A stretch of 32,000 nt of DNA from Promethearchaeum syntrophicum (GCF_008000775.2 NZ_CP042905.2:1170001-1202000); one strand, 5' to 3'. Positions 8,487 to 18,256 are shown, counted from the first letter of the stretch. The notes: generated from the letters alone by a model not told the origin. Translations and numbers: made by a program.

Positions 8487-10640
8487 CTAGATATATCTAA
8501 ATTCACCTGATAATTCAATATCTTTTGAAGATCTTCCAATTAACACTGCAAAATCTCCCTCCTCTACCTTCCAATCATGAATTTCAGCATCATAAAATGC
8601 CAAATGAGAGGGATTTATTGAAAATTGTACTGTTTTAGTTTCTCCAGGCTCTAACGATATTTTTTCAAATCCCTTCAATTCTTTTTCAGGTCGAATTAAT
8701 GAACATTCTAGATCTTTTAGATAAAGTTGAACAACTTCCATGCCTCCCCGCTTTCCAGAATTGGTGATGTCTACTAAAACTTCTAAGGATTCATCCTTAC
8801 TTAATTTATTAGAACTTAATCTCAAATTATTGTAGGTAAAAGATGTATAAGATAACCCAAAACCAAAAGGAAATTGTGGTTCGATTTTATTAGTATCAAA
8901 ATGCCTATATCCCACCATTATGCCCTCCAAATAGTTTATTGGGAAAGAATTCCAACGATATCTTTTCGCTGTTCTAGGGATTATATGTTTAAATGATAGC
9001 CTTGATGGATGTTTCACATAGTTTTTAATACTAGAGAAATCATTCCAATTTTTTGCCATGGTAAAAGGTAATTTTCCTGAAGGGTTAATTTTACCAAATA
9101 AAATTTCTGCAATAACATCTCCTGAATTTTGACCCAAATAAAAACTAAGTAAAACTGCTGGAACTTTATGAATCCAAGATTCTGTTTTAATTCCACCTCC
9201 AGCATTAAGTACCACTATAGTAGAAGGATTTAAATTGACAACTTTTTTAATTAATTGGTTTTGTTTGTATGGCATCTTCCAATCTCTATCCCAAGATTCC
9301 CCATCTTGCAATTTTGATAATCCAACAGCTAAAATCACATAATCTGCAGATTCTATTACTTTTGCATCTGTTGGTTTAATTTTATCTTTTTTGATTGGGA
9401 GGTAAATAAGTTCGGTCATATTGCCAATAGTAGATTGTACCGCTTTCAATATACTATGAGTTCCATAAGCAATAACATCACATGCTCCCCCTCCACTTGT
9501 AGGGGTTGGATTTGAATTTTTACCGAGAATTACAATTTTCTGTTTTTTATTATTATCAAGGGGTAAAATCGCATTATCATTTTTAAGCAAGACGGGGCAT
9601 TCTTGTGCAACTTCTTTAGCGATTATATCATGTTTTCTTCCATATTCTAAATATTTTCCACTAACAGGTTTCCCATATACACCTGCATTTAAAAATGTCC
9701 TCAATAAGTTAATTACCCGATCATTGATCATTCCTTGTGAAATTTTCCCTTTTTGAAGTAAATCTTCTATTTTTTTATGGGAATAATATTTTGTTTTAGG
9801 CATTTCTAAATCCAATCCAGCCATTAATGGACCTTCGGTACTATATAATGAATACCAATCAGATATTACAAAGCCAGTAAATCCCCATTTTCTTCTTAAT
9901 ACATCGGTCAAAAGATATTTGTTTTCACTACAATGAACTCCATTCAAAAGATTGTAAGAACACATTATCCCTTTTGAACCTCCACGTTGAATTGCCGCTT
10001 TGAATGCGGGAAAATATATTTCATGTAATGTTCTTTCATCAACAATTGAGTTACTACGATGTCGATTATAATCTGAATTATTACATACGAAATGTTTTAC
10101 AGTTGTTATAATGCCGTGGTTTTGAACGCCTTGAATATAAGGAACGACTAATTCACTTGCTAAAAATGGATCTTCTCCTAAATATTCGAAATTTCTTCCG
10201 TTTGTTGGGACTCTGTAAATATTAATGCCTGGAGCTAAAAGAATTGAAACGCCTTTAGCGCGACATTCTTTGCCGATAATATCTCCTACTTTTTGCATTA
10301 CATCACGATTCCAACTAGCAGCCATAGCAATTGGAGATGAAAAAGCAGTACATCGGCCAAAATTATGAACTCCTGCGGTTGCATCTGAACACCATAATCT
10401 TTGTAATCCTAAACGCGGGATTGCTGAAATTCCAAATTCATTTTCTCCCGAAATTAAATCAATTTTTTCATTCAACGTCATCTCTCCAAATAAATGAGAT
10501 ATCATACCATTAATGTCTAAATTTTGGTTTACTTTAGGAAGTAGTATCTTTTCGTTTTTAGGATGGCTTTTTTCAGCAAAATTTTTATCTCTTTTAGTTA
10601 TTACTTCTGTAATTATCTTTCTTAGAAATTTTCCATGCAT
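8487..10640 (-). CDS. Glycoside hydrolase family 3 beta-glucosidase (BglX-like), apparently cytosolic
   Basis: 717 aa. It has the GH3 motifs KHFVCNN and GFVISDW (nucleophile Asp). An alpha/beta sandwich domain follows, and then a C-terminal fibronectin-III-like domain (…VVQLYLKDLECS…). The N-terminus is not signal-peptide-like. Confidence 0.92.
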   Translation of the reverse strand: MHGKFLRKIITEVITKRDKNFAEKSHPKNEKILLPKVNQNLDINGMISHLFGEMTLNEKIDLISGENEFGISAIPRLGLQRLWCSDATAGVHNFGRCTAFSSPIAMAASWNRDVMQKVGDIIGKECRAKGVSILLAPGINIYRVPTNGRNFEYLGEDPFLASELVVPYIQGVQNHGIITTVKHFVCNNSDYNRHRSNSIVDERTLHEIYFPAFKAAIQRGGSKGIMCSYNLLNGVHCSENKYLLTDVLRRKWGFTGFVISDWYSLYSTEGPLMAGLDLEMPKTKYYSHKKIEDLLQKGKISQGMINDRVINLLRTFLNAGVYGKPVSGKYLEYGRKHDIIAKEVAQECPVLLKNDNAILPLDNNKKQKIVILGKNSNPTPTSGGGACDVIAYGTHSILKAVQSTIGNMTELIYLPIKKDKIKPTDAKVIESADYVILAVGLSKLQDGESWDRDWKMPYKQNQLIKKVVNLNPSTIVVLNAGGGIKTESWIHKVPAVLLSFYLGQNSGDVIAEILFGKINPSGKLPFTMAKNWNDFSSIKNYVKHPSRLSFKHIIPRTAKRYRWNSFPINYLEGIMVGYRHFDTNKIEPQFPFGFGLSYTSFTYNNLRLSSNKLSKDESLEVLVDITNSGKRGGMEVVQLYLKDLECSLIRPEKELKGFEKISLEPGETKTVQFSINPSHLAFYDAEIHDWKVEEGDFAVLIGRSSKDIELSGEFRYI

Positions 10641-10743
10641 GTTAAAGTAATTAGCCTTTGATTTTCTAAAATAACTTTTTAATTTTTAATTTTATATATG
10701 AGAAAGTTAATTTAAGAATGAAAAAAATAGTTTTAATATTAGT

Positions 10744-11145
10744 ATGAGTCAACTTGTTCGGAAAAGGTATTTTTGTCGGATATGCCAAAAATCGCACACG
10801 ATAAAATTTCCTCGTCATTTTGCTGAAAATCAGAAACGCTATCCATTTGTTTTTTTCTCAATTCATAAATATTCTGGGGATTCGGATGAATTTATTGAAA
10901 AAAATGGAGCAGACATTATAACCACGTTTTATGTTGATAAAAACTTAACAATTCGGGATGTGGATGTTGCTTGGGAAGACTCTAGTTCAAATATAATGTC
11001 GGAAAACGATACTGAGAATTTAGTCATGTTTTTAACTGAAACAATTAATGAAATGCAAGAACAATATGACTCCTTATTGGAGAAATATACAAAATTACTC
11101 GAATCTTCAGATAAAAAGGATAAAAACTATGAAGAAAAACTCTAA
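10744..11145 (+). CDS. Hypothetical protein with a C-terminal coiled-coil
   Basis: 133 aa with protein-like composition and a single CxxC near the N-terminus. I recognise no family. Its end overlaps the end of cbiO (convergent) by 4 nt. Confidence 0.5.
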   Translation: MSQLVRKRYFCRICQKSHTIKFPRHFAENQKRYPFVFFSIHKYSGDSDEFIEKNGADIITTFYVDKNLTIRDVDVAWEDSSSNIMSENDTENLVMFLTETINEMQEQYDSLLEKYTKLLESSDKKDKNYEEKL

Positions 11146-11987
11146 TTATCTTTTCTAGTGTTTTTAAGTAATTCAAGAAAATCATTAATATCTCTTGGAA
11201 AATTCATTTTTTCTTTCAAATGTAATTCCTCTTTTAATTTAAGATACAAGATAGATAAAATTGGAAGATCTAAATTTGCTTTTTGTAGAATTTCCATCTT
11301 ATTATATAAATCATTGATAAGTCCATCAAATAAAATCTCTCCTTGATGAATTACAATTGTTCTTTTAATGAATTTAGGAATTTTATCGAGATCATGGCTT
11401 ATTATTAACATAGATTTTTTTTTTTGATTTAAATTTTCAAAGATTTCTGAAAATTCTTTTTTTGTTCGAGGATCTAAATTTGCATAAGGCTCATCCAGCA
11501 AATAAATCTCGGGATCCATTGAAAATATTGAAGCAAATGCTATTTTTTTCTTCTCTCCATATGATAAATGAAAGGTCTTTTTATCAATTAGATTATGCAA
11601 TTTTAATGTATCTATAACATATTTAATCCTTGATTTCAATTCCTTTCCATTAATTCCTAAATTAGAAGGACCAAATTCAAGTTCTTGTAGGACCGTCGGC
11701 AGAAAAAGTTGATCATTAGGGTTCTGAAACATTATACCAACTCTTTTTCGAATATCTTTTTCATTTTTCCTATTTACTTCTTTCCCACTAATTTCTATTT
11801 TCCCCGTATAATTTGGTAATAAGTTAAGTAAATTAAGGAAGAAAGTTGATTTTCCTGAACCATTTTCACCTAAAATTATTAGAGATTCCCCTTTTTTCAA
11901 TTCTAGATTAATTCCCTTCAAAATTTCATGCTGGGGGAAAAAGGAGAAGTGTAAATCTTTAACCTTTATTTGAAGTTCATTTGACAT
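11142..11987 (-). CDS. cbiO: ECF transporter ATPase component (CbiO/EcfA-type ABC ATPase)
   Basis: Walker A GENGSGKST, a degenerate ABC signature LSYGEKKK, Walker B IYLLDEP and an H-loop SHD. It is the last gene of the cbiM cluster. Confidence 0.9.
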   Translation of the reverse strand: MSNELQIKVKDLHFSFFPQHEILKGINLELKKGESLIILGENGSGKSTFFLNLLNLLPNYTGKIEISGKEVNRKNEKDIRKRVGIMFQNPNDQLFLPTVLQELEFGPSNLGINGKELKSRIKYVIDTLKLHNLIDKKTFHLSYGEKKKIAFASIFSMDPEIYLLDEPYANLDPRTKKEFSEIFENLNQKKKSMLIISHDLDKIPKFIKRTIVIHQGEILFDGLINDLYNKMEILQKANLDLPILSILYLKLKEELHLKEKMNFPRDINDFLELLKNTRKDN

Positions 11988-11993
11988 TATATT

Positions 11994-12809
11994 TCACACA
12001 AAAAATATCCAAATTAACGTATTTAGTAGAATCATACATAGTAGGTAAATTAATGTATTCAACAATTTCGGTCTGTAATTGATATCAGGGAGATCTCCGT
12101 TATAACAGCGAGCTAGCATTGCTTGATGAATTTTTGTTCCATGATTAAATGATCTAAGTAATAGCATTGAAAAAATTGTGCCAAGATGAGTGAACCTTTT
12201 TTTAAAAGCATATTTTTCAAACCGACGGCAATCATCAGCACGCAAAATTTTAATAAGATTTTCAAAAAATAAGAAAAAATATCTATATGTCAACGTAATA
12301 ATTGTGATTAATACAGATGGAAATCTTATTTGGTGAAGAATATGGATGATATGGGTAAAGGGAGTTGATAGAGTAAAGAATGTTATAATTGCTATATTTG
12401 CCAGTATTCTTAATAAGAAATTTCGTGCTAAATTAAATCCTAGTTGAGTAACTGTAAAATTAATAGAAAAAATATTAAAAGACCATATTGTTAAACCTTC
12501 ACTGGAAAAAAGCAGAGGAATCGTAACAATTAATGGAAAAAGAATACCTAATACGACTAAAAACTTGATATAACGCTTTATATTAATCTTCAATAGGGTA
12601 GCTGAAAGAATCAAGACAATGCTAATAACAATGTAACTTATATATGCATTTTCTGTTTTTATTGCATAATTTACAACAACAATCATCCATAAAGTTGAAA
12701 TTAATTTAATAAGTGGAAAAATATAAAATAGACGAGTTTTCTGAGTAGATTCATATTCTGTATTTAAATAATCCTGAAAATTTTCATTAACACGAACCAA
12801 AAAACTCAT
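11994..12809 (-). CDS. cbiQ: ECF transporter transmembrane T component (CbiQ/EcfT)
   Basis: Polytopic protein with the characteristic C-terminal ARxxR-type region (…HQAMLARCYNG…). The track start at 12824 is a TTG that overlaps the upstream gene. The ATG at 12809 lies 4 nt after the upstream stop and is preferred. Confidence 0.85.
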   Translation of the reverse strand: MSFLVRVNENFQDYLNTEYESTQKTRLFYIFPLIKLISTLWMIVVVNYAIKTENAYISYIVISIVLILSATLLKINIKRYIKFLVVLGILFPLIVTIPLLFSSEGLTIWSFNIFSINFTVTQLGFNLARNFLLRILANIAIITFFTLSTPFTHIIHILHQIRFPSVLITIITLTYRYFFLFFENLIKILRADDCRRFEKYAFKKRFTHLGTIFSMLLLRSFNHGTKIHQAMLARCYNGDLPDINYRPKLLNTLIYLLCMILLNTLIWIFFV

Positions 12810-12813
12810 AAAT

Positions 12814-13158
12814 TTATCCTTCAATAACTATTTGAGTGTTTTTTTCTTTATTTTTTCCTTTGATTAGAGTTAGTTTTAGTAATCCAAAAATAATTCCAAA
12901 AGTAATGATAGATCCAATAAGCCCAATGAGCCAAGAATGAATATAAGTATTATTTATGTTTAAAAATTCATAATCGGGAAAGAGGGCTCCTTCAAATGAA
13001 AAATCTGATTCAGGTTCATATTCATCATTACCTGTTAAATCAAATTGAACTTGTTCAAGTCCGTCAGGTCCGGCAATCATAGGCATCCATAAAAATGCTG
13101 CCAATATAATTAAAGTAAATGTAAATGTAAATAATAAAACTTTATTTTCACGTTTCAT
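12814..13158 (-). CDS. PDGLE-domain small membrane protein (CbiN/NikN-position component of the metal ECF transporter)
   Basis: 114 aa with an N-terminal TM, the literal motif GPDGLEQV, an acidic loop and a C-terminal TM. It sits between cbiM and cbiQ, where cbiN normally lies. Confidence 0.75.
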   Translation of the reverse strand: MKRENKVLLFTFTFTLIILAAFLWMPMIAGPDGLEQVQFDLTGNDEYEPESDFSFEGALFPDYEFLNINNTYIHSWLIGLIGSIITFGIIFGLLKLTLIKGKNKEKNTQIVIEG

Positions 13159-13167
13159 ATCAATTCA

Positions 13168-13860
13168 TTAACTCCATAGTGGTAATTTTTCTATTGGGGG
13201 GATATATTCAGGGGCATATTTTGCAAAAAAGCCAACAATAACCATAGTAATCAAACCTTCCCCTATTCCAATCAAAGCGTGATAACCAAGCATCGCAGGA
13301 ATTGTTAGTCCTATTCCATAAGGAAATTTTTCAGAGATTCCAATTTCAATTCCGCAGCATAAAGATGCAATAATAATTGAAATGTATGCTCCTACAAAAG
13401 CACTAATTAAAAGCCATTTTGTCTCCGCCGATTTTTCTCCACTTTGATTATCTGAATTTGTTTTGACGGTCTTCTTTCTAATTATCCAATAAGTGAAATA
13501 TCCAGGCATTGTGGCAATTCCCATATTGAAAATGTTTGCGCCGAGTGCTAACAACCCTCCATCTCCAAACATTAATGATTGTATTAGTAAAATCACTGAA
13601 ATCATGATAAACGCTGTCGATGGTGAGAAGAATATTGCCATTAGTACAAATCCCAACAGATGTCCGCTTGTTCCGGCTAAAACTGGAAAGTTTAACATTT
13701 GCAATGTAAAAACCATAGCGGTTATTACACTTATGATAGGAATTTGCTCTGGTTTTACAGATCCTCTCATTTTTAATAATGAGAATATCCCATATCCAAA
13801 AACAATAATCCAAAGGGGTATCAAAATGGATAAATCTAGTAATCCTTCTCCGATATGCAT
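13168..13860 (-). CDS. cbiM: CbiM/NikM-family substrate-capture (S) component of a Co/Ni ECF transporter
   Basis: 230 aa. The N-terminus MHIGEG matches the metal-coordinating Met1-His2 start of the CbiM/NikM family. It has about 6-7 TM segments. It is the first gene of a tightly packed four-gene operon with gaps of 4-9 nt. Confidence 0.9.
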   Translation of the reverse strand: MHIGEGLLDLSILIPLWIIVFGYGIFSLLKMRGSVKPEQIPIISVITAMVFTLQMLNFPVLAGTSGHLLGFVLMAIFFSPSTAFIMISVILLIQSLMFGDGGLLALGANIFNMGIATMPGYFTYWIIRKKTVKTNSDNQSGEKSAETKWLLISAFVGAYISIIIASLCCGIEIGISEKFPYGIGLTIPAMLGYHALIGIGEGLITMVIVGFFAKYAPEYIPPIEKLPLWS

Positions 13861-14201
13861 GAAGTTACACCAATTTTTAATATCAAATATTAATAATACT
13901 AATTTTTAATGAAAATTAAATAATACTATTTCATAAAATGATCATACTATAGAGTCTGGATAAATATGATTTTTGATTTTTCGAGTGAGGAAAATATTAT
14001 TGGAAATTTTCTAAAATAGTTGTTTTTTAATTAAAAATTACTCTATTTTAATACAAGTAAAAGTTTCAACTCCATTAATTATTCAAATTTCATTATTATT
14101 GACAAAAAAATGTGAGAAAAAAGTTATAATATATAGCAGAAATAAATAATACAATAAGTTTTCTCTATAATTTTGTCGACAATAGATTAAATTTAAATAG
14201 T

Positions 14202-14768
14202 TTGGGTCGAAAAATAGATTTAAGTTTAGATTTTAAGGAAAATTTTTTTGAGTTGGTGGCATTGGGTTTGGAAACAAATTTTGGAGAATCAGATTCATTC
14301 GGAGGTTATTATCATATACCTAAATATCTAGAGGACTTAATCGATGATTCTGTTAAACAAGATTTCTTAGAAGTATTACCTTTAAACCCCGAAGACCGAA
14401 AGCATGAAATGTATAAAGCGATGAAATTTTCTTTTGAGGCAAGTCATATAGATATACTTTATGAACGAAAAGTCATAAGTAAAGACGAAAATTCCCTAGT
14501 AATACCACATGAACAATTTCTTTTTGGATTTAGACCTAGTGAAGGATTATGTATTTTCACACAAAAAAAACAACATAAGGAGATGTTGTGTGATGGACCT
14601 ATTCGTGAACTTGCAAAACACTGTGTATTGACGCAAAGCTTGCAATATGCTTTAGTTCCTCTAAACGAATTTAGAGTTTGGAGCTACATTCCTGTTTGTT
14701 GTAGCGAGGATACATGCCCTTTAAAAACTCGTCCTTTCAACTTGAGACGAGATTTATTTGAAGATTAA
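14202..14768 (+). CDS. Hypothetical acidic protein with a Cys cluster near the C-terminus
   Basis: 188 aa. The start is TTG, and the first in-frame ATG is only at codon 70, although the upstream part looks like real protein. The C-terminal region contains VCCSEDTCP. No family recognised. Confidence 0.45.
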   Translation: MGRKIDLSLDFKENFFELVALGLETNFGESDSFGGYYHIPKYLEDLIDDSVKQDFLEVLPLNPEDRKHEMYKAMKFSFEASHIDILYERKVISKDENSLVIPHEQFLFGFRPSEGLCIFTQKKQHKEMLCDGPIRELAKHCVLTQSLQYALVPLNEFRVWSYIPVCCSEDTCPLKTRPFNLRRDLFED

Positions 14769-14824
14769 TGATACCAAATTTATGTTTTCAAAGTAAAATT
14801 TTTGTTAAAATTAATTATCTCTTT

Positions 14825-15541
14825 TCATAAATGCAATTTTAATCCGTTGTACAGTTCTATTGCCAAACGTTCTGTAATCTGATTTAGAATCAAATCATCT
14901 GGATGAACTTTAGTTTCAAGAATTTTCTTTTCTAGATGCCCCGCTTCGTAGGATAGTCTTTCTTTTTCATCAAAAGTTAGAGATTGTGGGTCTTTAATAT
15001 ATTGTTGGACAAGCTTAATCGGAGATTTTTGGTAGTATCGAAAAAGATCACCATAATTTTCAGAAAAGAATAGAGATTGACCTTTAGATAACAAGTTATC
15101 AGTAGGGATGTGAGCAATTTTTAATAATTCTAAGGGAATATTGGATAGACTTACAATTGGATTATCGGTTAAATCGAGATGTTGCAGATTTACAAGATTT
15201 CTGAAACTTTCCGGTAAAGAAGTTAATTTATTTCCCCATAGTTGGAGTTTTCGAACTTTTACAAGATTTCCGAAACTTTCCGGTAAATTTAATAATTGGT
15301 TCCAACCTAAATCGAGTTCTTGAAGATAAACAAGATTCCCAATATTTTCTGGTAAAGATATTAAATTTTTAATACCTGTAATTCTTAATTTGATAATTTG
15401 ACCATTTTTAACGTAATATCTTGGCCGTGGGGATATTTCTACCCATTTTCTTAATTCCCACTTTTTTTTTCTGTATATTTTTAATTCTGGGTATTTTTTT
15501 TTGAACGCTTTGAATACTGCTTTTTCTGAGTCTGAAATCAT
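14825..15541 (-). CDS. Leucine-rich repeat (LRR) protein, eukaryote-like 23-residue repeats
   Basis: Four consecutive LxxLxLxxNxLxxLPxxhxNL repeats (LPENIGNLVYLQELDLGWNQL / LNLPESFGNLVKVRKLQLWGNKL / TSLPESFRNLVNLQHLDLTDNPI). A helical C-terminal region follows. GTGA lies 8 nt upstream of the ATG. Confidence 0.85.
   Translation of the reverse strand: MISDSEKAVFKAFKKKYPELKIYRKKKWELRKWVEISPRPRYYVKNGQIIKLRITGIKNLISLPENIGNLVYLQELDLGWNQLLNLPESFGNLVKVRKLQLWGNKLTSLPESFRNLVNLQHLDLTDNPIVSLSNIPLELLKIAHIPTDNLLSKGQSLFFSENYGDLFRYYQKSPIKLVQQYIKDPQSLTFDEKERLSYEAGHLEKKILETKVHPDDLILNQITERLAIELYNGLKLHL
15120..15370. repeat. 69-bp (23-codon) tandem periodicity at DNA level underlying the LRR units
   Basis: acaagatttc[t/c]gaaactttccggtaaa occurs at 15192 and again at 15261. 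A diverged copy (caagattcccaatattttctggtaaa) is at 15331. The spacing is exactly 69 nt. Confidence 0.85.
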
Positions 15542-15561
15542 TAAAAGTCACAATAATAATA

Positions 15562-17313
15562 TTATTTTCTTGTCTTATCCCATTCTTTTTCCAATATTTT
15601 ATACGATAATTTTTGTGAAATAAAATTCCAAGGGTGTTGCCCAAATGAATTTCCTTTCATATCTTCAAAGAACTTAATAATATATTCATTCTCTCCAAGA
15701 TGTTCCCGTCGAGTTATTCGATACCATTTTTTAATCTCTCGACCAGTTTGATAATATTTTAAAATTAATTCACTCATTTCTGTTCCCCCCAAAGATAATA
15801 GTGTTTGGATGTAAGCTTCCTCAACGGGTAAGGTTTCAAATTTTATTTGCTTATCGCCCTTTAACGGATCATATATTTTTTTAAGTTTTTCTTTTAAAAT
15901 AATTAGATTTGCATCAGAAAAATTATCAATGTATGATTCAAATGGAGTATGTGCTTTAGGAATAAAGGGATTTATGCTTAGTCGAACTCCTTGTTTTCCA
16001 AAACCTAGCGCTGCAATTTCTTTAACTAATTTAGGAATCGCATCAATATCTTCTTTCGTTTCAAATGGCAGCCCATATAATATATAGAGTTTGACATTAG
16101 GAATGCCTGCTTCCAGTAATAATTGTGCTCCTTTCAAAATTTCTTCATTACTAATTTTCTTATTAATTTTTAAACGGAGTCGATCTGTTCCCGTTTCTGG
16201 TGCAAAAGCTACCGTTCTCATTCCACTTTTTGCTATTAATGAAGCTAATTCTTCAGATAATGTTTCGATTCGGATAGAAGGGATTGAAAATTCTACTTTC
16301 TGATCAATTAAGAATTTACATAATTCTCTAAATTTCGGATGATCTGTTACCGATGAACCAATTAAGACTACCTTGTTTACGCTAGAATTTTTAATTCCAG
16401 AAATTATAATTTCCTTCAAATTTTCAAGACTACGATTTCTAAAAGGTTTTAATTGACTTCCAGTCATACAAAATCGACAAAAATGGGGACATCCACGATT
16501 TATTTCTGCGTAGAAAGATTCTCCAAAAGGCAATGGATATTTTTCATGGGGTTTAACTTTAGGTATTATTTGTCTAATTGGATGTGGAAATTCATCTAAA
16601 TTTTTAACATAAACACGTTCGATATCACCATAATCTGTAAAGTTATAAATTTGAGGGATCCAAAAACCCGGTGTATTTTGGAGTGTCTTTAAAAAATTTC
16701 TTTTAATTTGGGCATAAGTATGTAAAGAATTTGAATTAATCGAATTAAACCATGAATTTATCATTACATCATTAACTGGTTCAATTTCTCCAATAAAAGC
16801 GGCATCTATAAATGGTTCTAATGGTAACGGATTTGAACGAATAACAGGCCCGCCTGCTAATATTATTGGAAAAATTTCTTCTTCTTCATTAATTATTTCA
16901 TTTTCTCCATGAATCTTTTTTGACATCCTATCATTTCTAAGAAATGGAATATGGCTATTATCTAATATCCATACCAAATTCGGAAAATCAAGTTCATAAT
17001 TAATCGAAAACGCAATAATATCAAATTTTTTTAATGGCATTTGGTTTTCCATACTTCGGATCGCTGGGTAAAACCGGGCAGGATTAGTATTAGAAACAAA
17101 ATTTGGAGGTAAATTCTTAGATTTAAAGGTTTTAATCTCTTTATTAGAGGGCATGAAGAAACGTTCACAAATTACGTTGGGGAATTTATTCCATAGGGCG
17201 TAAAGTGTTTGAATTGTTAAACCAGCCATTGAAGAATATATATTAGGGTAAACTAAAGCTATCCTTAAATGATCTTCACGCCATGGTTTTTTAATCATAT
17301 TCAATTCATGCAT
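15562..17313 (-). CDS. Radical SAM enzyme with an N-terminal B12-binding-like domain (COG1032-type, function unknown)
   Basis: 583 aa. It has the CxxxCxxC cluster motif NRGCPHFCRFCMTG. Its N-terminal pattern (IALVYPNIYSSMAGLTIQTLYALW) is typical of the uncharacterised B12-binding/radical-SAM fusion family. Confidence 0.9.
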   Translation of the reverse strand: MHELNMIKKPWREDHLRIALVYPNIYSSMAGLTIQTLYALWNKFPNVICERFFMPSNKEIKTFKSKNLPPNFVSNTNPARFYPAIRSMENQMPLKKFDIIAFSINYELDFPNLVWILDNSHIPFLRNDRMSKKIHGENEIINEEEEIFPIILAGGPVIRSNPLPLEPFIDAAFIGEIEPVNDVMINSWFNSINSNSLHTYAQIKRNFLKTLQNTPGFWIPQIYNFTDYGDIERVYVKNLDEFPHPIRQIIPKVKPHEKYPLPFGESFYAEINRGCPHFCRFCMTGSQLKPFRNRSLENLKEIIISGIKNSSVNKVVLIGSSVTDHPKFRELCKFLIDQKVEFSIPSIRIETLSEELASLIAKSGMRTVAFAPETGTDRLRLKINKKISNEEILKGAQLLLEAGIPNVKLYILYGLPFETKEDIDAIPKLVKEIAALGFGKQGVRLSINPFIPKAHTPFESYIDNFSDANLIILKEKLKKIYDPLKGDKQIKFETLPVEEAYIQTLLSLGGTEMSELILKYYQTGREIKKWYRITRREHLGENEYIIKFFEDMKGNSFGQHPWNFISQKLSYKILEKEWDKTRK

Positions 17314-17555
17314 TACAATTTATCAAGATCATTTCTCTTCTAAATTTTTTCAATCACAAATGAAACTTATTCTAACATAAAATGTAGTATTGCGAAGTTT
17401 TCAAAATAAAAAATATTTTCTGGCATTGTTTTTCCTTTTTTTTGATGAAATTAAAATTATCCCCAACCTTAAATGTAGTTAAATTTTCTTGGAATTTTTC
17501 CATTGAACAAGGATAAATACAGATGGGACGCTTAGCGTAATAGAAGTTGATCTTT

Positions 17556-17927
17556 ATGATCCTAACTTACAAAAATTTAACTGAAGAACGAGAGATTTAC
17601 TGGATGCTTAAACAAAATTACTTTGATGAATTTGAATATTATAGTGGAATAATTGAAAAATATGAAAATTCACGTAATACCATTAAAGATTTTTGTATTT
17701 CTACTTTTGTTTCACAAGAGATTATTGAGATTATGAATCAATATAAAAATATAATCAATTCTAATCCAAAATACACGGAAATCATGGATTGTATATTAAA
17801 AAATACTATCCTACTATTACAATCATTCCATATTGATGAAAATAACAACCAATATAAATTCTATTCACAATTGGAAACTCATGAACGAGAATTAATCAGC
17901 TCTCAACTAATTAATTTATGTTATTGA
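17556..17927 (+). CDS. Hypothetical small protein
   Basis: The track ORF starts at TTG 17547. The ATG at 17556 is preceded by GTTGATC (SD-like). The protein is N/I/Y-rich and no family is recognised. Confidence 0.4.
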   Translation: MILTYKNLTEEREIYWMLKQNYFDEFEYYSGIIEKYENSRNTIKDFCISTFVSQEIIEIMNQYKNIINSNPKYTEIMDCILKNTILLLQSFHIDENNNQYKFYSQLETHERELISSQLINLCY

Positions 17928-18256
17928 GAAAATTTCGTTTAATGAACGCAAATGAATATTCATTATCAGTTCATATCTTTTTGGTGATTTATCTAATCTA
18001 TTAGTCTTAAAATAGTGATTTGAATTTTTCCCCAAATGCCATAATAATCATAATATTCACGCAATACACGATTCATATAATGAATTCACTCAAAATTGCT
18101 CTTGAATCGAAAAACAATGCATTAATTTTGAAATTTTTTTATTCTTATATACCTATAATTATAAGGAAAATGAATTATCAGAATTTAAAAATTAAAACCA
18201 AAAAAATTTTTATCATGAATCCTTTTTAAATAATATTCTTAGGTGAGTACAACAGA

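Noticed and set aside
13478-13909. ORFs 13478-13813 (minus) and 13493-13909 (plus) overlapping cbiM
   Set aside because: The cbiM frame has the diagnostic MHIGEG N-terminus and TM pattern. The alternative frames are featureless.
13861-14201. Cobalamin riboswitch or NikR-type inverted repeat upstream of the cbiM operon
   Set aside because: The 340-bp spacer has no B12-box-like GCCACTG core and no GC-rich helices. Only a short AT-rich direct repeat is present, and it is reported as weak evidence.
17441-17520. Possible C/D-box sRNA (TGATGA at about 17444) in the spacer between the radical SAM gene and the hypothetical gene
   Set aside because: No CTGA D box lies at the expected 50-70 nt distance, and there is no terminal stem or internal C'/D' pair.
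18020-18229. 69-aa TTG-initiated ORF in the spacer upstream of grpE
   Set aside because: It is extremely I/N/K-rich with an intergenic-like composition, has no SD motif, and overlaps the expected grpE promoter.
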